Source of the DNA: Candidatus Thalassospirochaeta sargassi
GTDB taxonomy: Bacteria; Spirochaetota; Spirochaetia; UBA9216
DNA: 64,000 bases
Assembly: GCA_028532855.1 (NCBI GenBank)
Contig: JAQQAL010000002.1
Location: 5,901-69,900, forward strand
Reading direction: 5' to 3'
In this document: positions 21,172 to 29,080 of the stretch, piece by piece
How positions within the stretch are numbered: the stretch's first letter is position 1
Layout of the letters: every line of letters starts with the position of its first letter
Translations under genes and position numbers: made by a program
The notes under the pieces: generated by a model
What the model saw: only the letters and a program-made list of their open reading frames with translations
The model's database searches: none
Told to the model about the DNA's origin: nothing

Positions 21172-23217
21172 ATGAAAGACCGCCAGAAAAAGATACTTCG
21201 GTTTATGCTTCTCACTGAAGGTATGCTTCATATTGAAGATATTGCAGAAGTGTTTTCTGTCGGCAAAAGAACGGTTTCCAGGGATCTGGATACCATAGAA
21301 CAATGGCTTTCGTTCCGGGATGCAGGGCTTGAGCGAAAGCCTAACCAGGGCATCCGTGTAATGACCTTCGGCAGAACCGCGGATGAATTGCTTGATATAG
21401 TTAACACCCCCAACAACTATCTTGAATCTCTTGATGCTGAACATCGCCAGAGGCTGATCCTTCTTTATCTACTGTTCAGCAACTGTGAAGTAAAGATCTC
21501 GTCTATCGCAAACGTATTTTATATAAGTGATACATCAGTCTGGAGTGATTTGAACCAGATAGAAAACAGGCTTGAAGGATCGAAATTAAGGATTGAAAGA
21601 ATGAAGGGGGTCGGTATCAGGCTGTCGGGGCCGGAGTCTGTGATGAGGTTAGGTTTTCTTTCGGTCCTGACTGAAGCATATTCTTCACATACTATCATTC
21701 CTTATCTTTATGCGGTCCGGGAGGATCGGGGCTCATTCCTTGAGATAAATCAACTAAAATTCCTGATGAACAGATTGAATTTTTCGGAGAACAGTACTGA
21801 AATTTTTAATACAATTGCAGAACTTCAAAATGAGCTTGGATACCAGTTTACGATGTCGAGCGAATCACTACTTTATTTCTATTTGCAGCTCAGCATACAC
21901 CGCATAAAATCAAAGGCCTTAATAAACGAGACTGGAGCCTTTGGTTGTTCACCGTTTTTTGCAGGACTTGGAGAGCGTGTGCTTGATAAGTTAACGGCCG
22001 GGCTTCTCGACGGCAGGCTTCCTGACAGTGAATATTGTTTTTTGGGGCTTTTGATGCAGATCCTCGAGCCGGGAGATATAAACAGGATTAATACTGAAGA
22101 ACTCTTCGGCGGGATGATAACTGAAGACATTGTTTCATTTACCAGTGAGCTGATATCTGAATTCGGCAGAATAGACAGTAGACAGTATTATTTGAATGAT
22201 CAGATTGAGTCAAAAATGCAGATTATATCGGCTTCGCTGGTTAAGAGGCTTGAGAACGGAATCCCCTTTTGGCACGGTGAATGGGGCGAGACAACAGAGG
22301 AAACCTGGAACCGGTCGGTGAAAGCCGGAGTTCTGTCGGAACTGCTGAAGAGATATTTCGGGCTGGAGCCGGATCCGAGAGATATCGATTATATTCTGCT
22401 CTATTTTCATTCCATGGTTTTTAATGAAAAGGATCTCCCTGATAAAAAAGTTCGCTGTCTCGTCTGCTGTTTTGAAGGAATCGGACTTGCATCCTATCTC
22501 AGTTCAATACTGACAAGGGAAATTAGTTCAATAAACATCGTTGAAGCAACGGCTGTCTTCAGGATAAAGCAGGAATACCTTGATGCTAATGGTATCGAAC
22601 TTGTAATCTCAACGTTTCCGATTGCGGAACTTGATATCCCGGTAATCCCTGTTTCGCTTCCGCTGAATCGCGAAATGGTGGTGAGGCAGATAGAAAAAGC
22701 AGTCGGGGATCTGAAAACCCGTGAAGCATCTGTCTATTCTGAGTCTAAAAATCTGTTGGTTGAGAATAATACAGGGCGGCTGTCGTTGAGTAACATTATA
22801 AGCTTTATCAACGACTTCAGTCTGGTAAGATTTTCTTCCTCAAATAGTATTGACGCTATAATCGATCAGCTTCCAACCAGACTCGATGAATTCGTAACAG
22901 ATAGATCTTTGCTTTCGGAGGATTTTAGAAAGCGTGAGGCGTTGGGGCCGCTGATTGTTGAAGAGTGGGGACTAAAAATCCTTCACTGTAAATCGACTGC
23001 GGCGGTAAAACCCGTTGCCGGAGTAATTGCCTTTGATGACGAGACTGCAGTGAGAATGCTTTATTTGATTTCACCGGATCCCTGTCCGGATCTGGAGCGT
23101 AAGATGCTCTCCACAATTACTGTGTCATTTCTGGAGAACCGTGATTTTAGAAAATCAATTCTTACCGGCGGCATCGAGGATATGAAAAAAGAACTTCTGA
23201 ATATCTATCAGTCTTAA
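21172..23217 (+). CDS. mtlR: PRD-containing mannitol operon transcriptional activator (HTH + PRD1/PRD2 + EIIB-Gat-like + EIIA-Mtl-like).
   Basis: 681 aa. N-terminal DeoR-type HTH, an EIIB-like 'RCLVCCFEGIGLASY' and a C-terminal EIIA-like domain. Adjacent to the mtl operon. Confidence 0.75.
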   Translation: MKDRQKKILRFMLLTEGMLHIEDIAEVFSVGKRTVSRDLDTIEQWLSFRDAGLERKPNQGIRVMTFGRTADELLDIVNTPNNYLESLDAEHRQRLILLYLLFSNCEVKISSIANVFYISDTSVWSDLNQIENRLEGSKLRIERMKGVGIRLSGPESVMRLGFLSVLTEAYSSHTIIPYLYAVREDRGSFLEINQLKFLMNRLNFSENSTEIFNTIAELQNELGYQFTMSSESLLYFYLQLSIHRIKSKALINETGAFGCSPFFAGLGERVLDKLTAGLLDGRLPDSEYCFLGLLMQILEPGDINRINTEELFGGMITEDIVSFTSELISEFGRIDSRQYYLNDQIESKMQIISASLVKRLENGIPFWHGEWGETTEETWNRSVKAGVLSELLKRYFGLEPDPRDIDYILLYFHSMVFNEKDLPDKKVRCLVCCFEGIGLASYLSSILTREISSINIVEATAVFRIKQEYLDANGIELVISTFPIAELDIPVIPVSLPLNREMVVRQIEKAVGDLKTREASVYSESKNLLVENNTGRLSLSNIISFINDFSLVRFSSSNSIDAIIDQLPTRLDEFVTDRSLLSEDFRKREALGPLIVEEWGLKILHCKSTAAVKPVAGVIAFDDETAVRMLYLISPDPCPDLERKMLSTITVSFLENRDFRKSILTGGIEDMKKELLNIYQS

Positions 23218-23790
23218 AATTTCACGAATTATCGCAGATATATACCCTTTTCGAACGCATGCTTGAGTTTTTTATCAACTCGAGATTTCATGTACTGCTT
23301 TCATATTTTTTCAGGTAACTGAAACCATTTTCCCATCCGGAGTTTTATTAGCTCCTTGATGTGGTCGTAATGGCCTTACGAAACTGTTTTCAAAAAAAAA
23401 TCAAAAACTGCTCCATTGCTTCCCTTTAAAGTATTTAAAGTGCGAGCGTGAGAGCAGTTGTTTAACAAACTCTCGGGAAGGGCTTACTGTAAGATTATGC
23501 CGGTTTGTTTTCTTCGACTTGAGCAGAATTACAATAAAGAAATATTTCGTCATCAATGAAGCCGACGGAACTGAAATACACCATGTCATAGTTGAGCCTG
23601 TCCTTTTTATATCACGAGTATTTTGGGACTATTGGATATTTTTTTATTGACAATACTTTATCGAATGACTTATAATTATCCCGATAAAGCTTGGTGGAAG
23701 CTAAAAAAATATAATAACAAAACATCTCATGCAGGAGTAGACTATTACTATTTTCTATTCAGGGTGAGGTGCGAGCAAAGGGAAGGACAA

Positions 23791-24453
23791 GTGGCTGAAA
23801 AAAAAGAAACGATCCTCGATCAGAAAGTAACCCGCCGCGATTTTCTCAAGATATCCGGAATGACGGTATTGGGAACCTCTGCAGTAACCTGGTTATTTCC
23901 CGGCTGCAGCAATGCAACCAACGACGATGTAATGATGTTTGAATCAGCATCAGGAGTAATTATTCACATACCGAACAGATGTACAGGCTGTCTGCTTTGT
24001 GAAGCAACCTGTTCAGTTGTAAACGATGGTAAGGCAAGTCAGACAACCGCAAGGTTAAAGGTAAGCAGAAACCTTGCTTACGGTCCCGAAGGAGTAACCG
24101 GACCCTGGTGGAACAACGATGGAGATATGGGAAACCATAGAATCATAGCTGAGACCTGCCGCCAGTGCGAAACACCGGCATGCGCTCTTGCCTGTCCCGA
24201 GCAGGCGATCTACCAGGATGAGAAGACTGGAGCAAAGGTTGTAGATACCGAAAAATGTATCGGCTGCGGTACCTGTACGGATGCCTGCCCCTGGCATATT
24301 CCGACGGTAGATCCTGACCTCAAGGTTTCTACTAAATGCGTTCTTTGTCACGGATACCCCGGCTGTGTTTCAGTATGTCCAACCGGTGCACTGAATTTTG
24401 TAACCTGGGCAGAAGCAATTCAAAGATACAAAGAGCACTTTAAGGTAAGCTAA
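23791..24453 (+). CDS. Twin-arginine (Tat) signal 4Fe-4S ferredoxin-like subunit, YdhX-like.
   Basis: GTG start at 23791 after RBS 'aagggaagga'. Tat motif 'TRRDFLKISGMTVLGTSAV'. Four Cys clusters of CxxCxxCxxxCP type. Confidence 0.75.
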   Translation: MAEKKETILDQKVTRRDFLKISGMTVLGTSAVTWLFPGCSNATNDDVMMFESASGVIIHIPNRCTGCLLCEATCSVVNDGKASQTTARLKVSRNLAYGPEGVTGPWWNNDGDMGNHRIIAETCRQCETPACALACPEQAIYQDEKTGAKVVDTEKCIGCGTCTDACPWHIPTVDPDLKVSTKCVLCHGYPGCVSVCPTGALNFVTWAEAIQRYKEHFKVS

Positions 24454-24463
24454 GGAGAATAAT

Positions 24464-26581
24464 ATGGCAGTAAAAGGCGGATGGGCAGGAAAGATCCTCA
24501 GGGTTAATTTGTCCACAGGAAATATAGAACGAATCAATACGGAAAATTTTATCAGATATATCGGCGGAATGGGAATTGGCTACAAGGTAATGTGGGATGA
24601 GGTTCCAGCCGGAACAAAGGCATTTGACAAAGATAATAAAATCATCTTTGGTGTAGGCCCGTTGACAGGTACTGGTGCAATGTGTTCGGGAAGAACAAAC
24701 ATTACATCCCTTCTCCCATCAAACCCCTACAATGCTGTGAGCGACAGCCACATGGGCGGGCACTTCGGTGTCGAACTTAAGTACGCCGGATGGGATGCAA
24801 TCATCATTGAAGGCAAATCATCACGGCCGGTATGGCTGAAGATTGTCGACGACAAGGTGACCCTTGAGGACGCCGGCATTTACTGGGGCGAGGGGACCTT
24901 CGCAACTATAGCCGGCATCACCGCAATGATGGGAAAACAGAGCCAGGTTGCGGCTATCGGCCAGGCCGGTGAAAACCAGGTTAACCTAAGCGTAATCCGT
25001 ACAGGTCCGAGCCACTCAGCCGGCGGACATGGTGGCGTACTCGGTTCAAAGATGCTGAAAGCTATCGGTGTCATGGGAACCGGTGCAGTCAATATTGCCG
25101 GAGACAAGATGAAATGGCACGAGCTTAACAAATACGCGCTCAGCCTGGTTGGTGCGAACAACCAGCATGTTGTTCCCCGCACACCACAGCCCTGGGCTGA
25201 ATACAGCCATCCGGGCAGCCGCTGGACTGCAAAAGACGGACTCTACTGGGAAAAGGCTGATCCCCCTATTGAAACGGGCACAATTCGGCCTGAAGAAACA
25301 AACCGGATAGGTTACCGCACAATGAAGGCAATGCTCGATCTGGGCAAGAATGGTCCGAAGTATACAGTCAGAATGGGCGGATGCGCGGCATGCCCCGTCC
25401 GCTGTAAAACCCATCTTGAGGTTCCGCAGCTTGAGCAGTATGGAGTCGATCCGCATGTTGCAAATACCTGTATGGGATTCTACAGTCCCTGGGGGGTTCT
25501 GGCCGGTATATCAGGAGGCAAAGCAAGTGTTCCCGGAGAGTCAAAAGATGATGCTTCCGTTATCGCAAAGGCTCTCGGCGCACATTATGCCGACGATTAC
25601 GGTGTCTGGTGTAACTACGGTCAGATTGGGCGCGACTTTGCCTGGACCTATAAGCATGGCGTTTTAAAGCGAGTTCTTCCGACTGCAGAATACAACAGCA
25701 TCGACTGGGAGTCGATTGAAGCCGGGGATCCTGCAATCTTTGCCGATTTTTACCGCAGAATTGCCTTCAAGGAAGGTGAACTCAGTCACTTGGGAGATGG
25801 AGCACACTATATTTCAGAGAGATGGAACCTCGGTGAAGATTACTGGACATACAAGGGCAACAAGCTCTGGACGAAGATCGGCTACCCGGTTCATCACAGT
25901 AATGAATCAGACGCACAGGTTGGTTCTCTCATAAGTTCAATGTTCAACCGCGATGCACAGAGCCATACTCATCAGAATTTTATCGGCAGTGGCCTTCCCA
26001 CCGAGGTACAGAAGGACATTGCTGCAGAACTCTGGGGCAGTGCAGATGCGATAGATGAACCTGCAAACTATAAACCTGTAACAAAAGCAAAGATGAAATT
26101 CGCCAAGTGGAGTATTGTAAGAAACCTGCTTCACGACAGTCTGACAGTATGCAACTGGATGTGGCCGATGACTACCTCACCTCTGAAAGAGCGTAACTAT
26201 CGGGGTAACACTGCACTTGAAGCTTTATACTACACAGAAGCTACGGGAGAAGAAATTTCGGAAGAAGAACTTGATCTGCAGGCGGAAAAGCTTTTCCACC
26301 TTCATAGAGCACTGACTATCAGACAGATGGGGACTGTGGATATGAGAAACACACACGACCAGCTTACAGGATGGCAGTTCGATATGGATCCTGATAAAAA
26401 AGCTTTCGAACCGGGAACAATCAAACTCGATCGTGAAGATTATGAAAACACCCTGACTATGTTCTATGAAGAGATGGGCTGGGATCCTAAAACCGGTGCT
26501 CCCACAAGGGCTACACTGGAAAAACACGATCTTAAGTTTGTTGCTGATGATCTTGATGTTAAGAATCTTCTTCCGGCTTAG
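24464..26581 (+). CDS. Aldehyde:ferredoxin oxidoreductase-family tungsto/molybdo-pterin enzyme, long (705 aa) YdhV-like type.
   Basis: AOR N-domain 'ILRVNLSTG...GGMGIGYKVMW...GPLTGTG...GVELKYAGWDAIIIEGKS...AAIGQAGEN...GSKMLKAIG'. No signal peptide of its own. Confidence 0.85.
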   Translation: MAVKGGWAGKILRVNLSTGNIERINTENFIRYIGGMGIGYKVMWDEVPAGTKAFDKDNKIIFGVGPLTGTGAMCSGRTNITSLLPSNPYNAVSDSHMGGHFGVELKYAGWDAIIIEGKSSRPVWLKIVDDKVTLEDAGIYWGEGTFATIAGITAMMGKQSQVAAIGQAGENQVNLSVIRTGPSHSAGGHGGVLGSKMLKAIGVMGTGAVNIAGDKMKWHELNKYALSLVGANNQHVVPRTPQPWAEYSHPGSRWTAKDGLYWEKADPPIETGTIRPEETNRIGYRTMKAMLDLGKNGPKYTVRMGGCAACPVRCKTHLEVPQLEQYGVDPHVANTCMGFYSPWGVLAGISGGKASVPGESKDDASVIAKALGAHYADDYGVWCNYGQIGRDFAWTYKHGVLKRVLPTAEYNSIDWESIEAGDPAIFADFYRRIAFKEGELSHLGDGAHYISERWNLGEDYWTYKGNKLWTKIGYPVHHSNESDAQVGSLISSMFNRDAQSHTHQNFIGSGLPTEVQKDIAAELWGSADAIDEPANYKPVTKAKMKFAKWSIVRNLLHDSLTVCNWMWPMTTSPLKERNYRGNTALEALYYTEATGEEISEEELDLQAEKLFHLHRALTIRQMGTVDMRNTHDQLTGWQFDMDPDKKAFEPGTIKLDREDYENTLTMFYEEMGWDPKTGAPTRATLEKHDLKFVADDLDVKNLLPA

Positions 26582-26586
26582 GGAAA

Positions 26587-27129
26587 TTGACTGATATGTC
26601 TGATAATATACCGGCGCTCGCCGCCGGTTTCATAAGAGAGCAGTCCCGAAAAGGACTGCTCTCAACTGAAAATAATGTTATTAATAGATTTGAGCAGGAT
26701 GCAGGGAATGGCCTTTCTCTCTCTGAACTCAGTGAGAATAAGGAATATGGCGATCTTCAGAGAATCAGCGGGGAAAAGGCTGATTACTGGTACTCAACAT
26801 CCTGCATGACCAGCAGCTATGCTGAAATTGCAGTGCTGCTTGAAGAAAAAGATCTGCTAAGCCTGATTGTTAACACCGTAAGAAGGGAAAGCAGCCTGTA
26901 CCCAAGGCCGACGGCTATAGAGATTTTTGAATATTCTCCATATTTCATGAAGAAAGAAGAGATTGAGACTATGATGTCAATAATTGAAAATGATACCAGA
27001 TACTCAGATATTGAGAAATGTGCAACATCGATCGATAAGTTTTATCTTTTTTCTACAAAGTTTCTTCCGAAAGCACAGGCAGAATACCTCAGTGAATGGG
27101 ATGCAGTGGGACAGTATGAAAATCAGTAA
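26587..27129 (+). CDS. Hypothetical protein inside the AOR operon.
   Basis: 180-aa ORF. Translationally coupled to the AOR (5 nt after its stop) and overlaps fdhD. No motif recognised. Confidence 0.4.
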   Translation: MTDMSDNIPALAAGFIREQSRKGLLSTENNVINRFEQDAGNGLSLSELSENKEYGDLQRISGEKADYWYSTSCMTSSYAEIAVLLEEKDLLSLIVNTVRRESSLYPRPTAIEIFEYSPYFMKKEEIETMMSIIENDTRYSDIEKCATSIDKFYLFSTKFLPKAQAEYLSEWDAVGQYENQ

Positions 27130-27787
27130 TCATAAACCAAATCCGGTAGAACTTCCAATTGTAGATGAAGTAAAGTTCAAACTTTTTATTAATGGTGTTT
27201 ACTATAGTGATTTCCTGTGTACACCAGAGAGTATTGAAGAACTAGTACTTGGATATCTTTACACAAATTGTCATATATCAACAGTACATGAGCTTGAAAA
27301 GATTATAATAAAGGAATATAAAATAAATGCAGAATTAAGGCGTTCCACACCGCAGGAAGCTTTAACACCATTAAAAAAAAGCATTAAGCTGCCGGACAAA
27401 CAGAAATTAAGGAGAATGGCCCTCAAAATGTTCAGTACTGCTTCTATCTATAAAAAACACGGTGGAATACATTGCAGTGCATTTACTGATGGAGAGACTC
27501 TGCTTGCGTTTAAAGAAGATATAGGCCGGCATAATGCGTATGACAAAGTAGTAGGCGAACTTCTGATGAAAGAGCTCGATCCCTCGGAGCTGATTTATAT
27601 TACTTCCGGCAGAGTCAATCATGAAGTGATGCAGAAAACCCTCGCGGGGAGAATCCCGGCGATAGTATCAAGAAGCATATGCTCAAGTGCGGCCTATAAT
27701 GCGGCGCTTGAAAACGGGGTTGTGGTTATAGGACGAATTCTCGAAGATTCGCCAATTGTATACGGAAAGGAAATCATGAATGTCTGA
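27116..27787 (+). CDS. fdhD: FdhD-family sulfurtransferase (cofactor sulfuration accessory protein).
   Basis: 'GGIHCSAF' active-cysteine region and FdhD-like length. ATG at 27116; an alternative ATG is at 27101. Confidence 0.65.
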   Translation: MKISNHKPNPVELPIVDEVKFKLFINGVYYSDFLCTPESIEELVLGYLYTNCHISTVHELEKIIIKEYKINAELRRSTPQEALTPLKKSIKLPDKQKLRRMALKMFSTASIYKKHGGIHCSAFTDGETLLAFKEDIGRHNAYDKVVGELLMKELDPSELIYITSGRVNHEVMQKTLAGRIPAIVSRSICSSAAYNAALENGVVVIGRILEDSPIVYGKEIMNV

Positions 27788-28553
27788 AGTGATGACTGAT
27801 CAAGAAACAACAATGGCATTCCGCGCCCATCTTAAGGCGTTGAAACGCACGCTTATTGTATGTCTGATAAGCTTTATATGCGCTAGTGTAATATGTTTCC
27901 TGTTTTTTGACCCTATTGTCGAATTTCTTTATGCTCCTTTTCTTTCAATCGAAAACGCTGGAACTGAGGATACGCTCTTTATTAATAATATTTTTGAAGG
28001 ATTTCTTGCCAAATTAAAGATATCATTACTTTCAGGTCTGACGCTGAGTTTTCCGATTATTCTTTTCAGTGTTCTTAGATTTGTATTTCCTGCTCTCTCA
28101 AAGAAAGAGCGCAGGGTTATTCTTTATACGCTTATAATCAGTGCAGTACTTGTACTTGTCGGTTTCTATTACAGCTATTATTTGATACTGCCCATAACGA
28201 TAGACTTTTTCACAAGCGTAGGCTTTCTTCCGGATAATGTCGGAATTCTACTGAATTATCAGAATAATATAATCTACATCTTCAAATTCATTTTTATGAT
28301 AATGATAACATTTCAGTTTCCGGTACTGATGGAGATGCTGATGATAACAAATATAGTCGAAAGAAAAACGCTTTTAGGTTTTAGCAGATACATTATAGTA
28401 GGCGTTTTTTTACTTGCCGCAATCATTACCCCGCCGGATTTTGTCTCGCAATGCATGATTGCATTTCCCATGATATTTCTTTATTTTCTAGCTATTCTCA
28501 TAGCGAAAATATTTGGATTTGGAAAATCGATAGAGGGTAAAAATGGCAAATAA
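27780..28553 (+). CDS. tatC: Sec-independent translocase TatC.
   Basis: 257 aa with six TM helices. N-terminal 'AHLKALKRTLIVCLISF' is typical of TatC. Overlaps fdhD by 8 nt. Confidence 0.85.
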   Translation: MSEVMTDQETTMAFRAHLKALKRTLIVCLISFICASVICFLFFDPIVEFLYAPFLSIENAGTEDTLFINNIFEGFLAKLKISLLSGLTLSFPIILFSVLRFVFPALSKKERRVILYTLIISAVLVLVGFYYSYYLILPITIDFFTSVGFLPDNVGILLNYQNNIIYIFKFIFMIMITFQFPVLMEMLMITNIVERKTLLGFSRYIIVGVFLLAAIITPPDFVSQCMIAFPMIFLYFLAILIAKIFGFGKSIEGKNGK

Positions 28554-28866
28554 TGGAATAGGTTTCAGTGAGATACTCATTATACTTGTTATCTTCCTTA
28601 TTTTTGTACGCCCCTCAGATATGCCCAAAGTTGTCAGAACAATTGGTAAAATCTGGGCCAAATTCTATCTGTATTTTTCGATGTTCAAGCGTGAGATGAG
28701 AAATATGGAAAAAGAGATTGGTATTGAAGATGAGATGAAGGAGATACGGGCAATCAATGCTCAGCTCAACAGCGAGGTAATATCACTGAGAAACAGTGTT
28801 AACAATATTGTAGATAAAAACGAGTTGGCAGATCTCAAGAAAACTGAAATCAGTAAGGAGAATTAA
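28543..28866 (+). CDS. tatB: TatA/TatB-family protein, long TatB-like form.
   Basis: 'GIGFSEILIILVIFLIFVRPSDMPKVVRTIGK' is a TM helix plus hinge with an amphipathic extension. 107 aa. Confidence 0.6.
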   Translation: MANNGIGFSEILIILVIFLIFVRPSDMPKVVRTIGKIWAKFYLYFSMFKREMRNMEKEIGIEDEMKEIRAINAQLNSEVISLRNSVNNIVDKNELADLKKTEISKEN

Positions 28867-28867
28867 G

Positions 28868-29029
28868 ATGTTAGGAACAACAGAAATTATCGTAATCGGC
28901 GGCGTTGTCGTTCTACTATTCGGAGCCAGCGCTATTCCCAAATTTGCCCGCTCTTTGGGCAAGGCTAAAAAAGAATTCAAGGAAGGCGTAAACGAGGGAC
29001 TTGAAGAGCAGAAGGAAGGAGATAAATAA
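28868..29029 (+). CDS. tatA: TatA. This 54-aa ORF is absent from the supplied ORF track.
   Basis: ATG at 28868 lies 1 nt after the tatB stop. Translation is 'MLGTTEIIVIGGVVVLLFGASAIPKFARSLGKAKKEFKEGVNEGLEEQKEGDK', a canonical TatA/E. Confidence 0.75.
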   Translation: MLGTTEIIVIGGVVVLLFGASAIPKFARSLGKAKKEFKEGVNEGLEEQKEGDK

Positions 29030-29080
29030 CTCCTGTTCATGAAATTCAGTAATAAATTATAATATATCTATAGAGAGGTT

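Noticed and set aside
23623-23790. N-terminal extension of the Tat ferredoxin ORF (start at 23623)
   Set aside because: It would place the twin-arginine motif about 70 residues from the N-terminus, too far for a Tat signal. The GTG at 23791 has a strong RBS and gives a canonical signal peptide.
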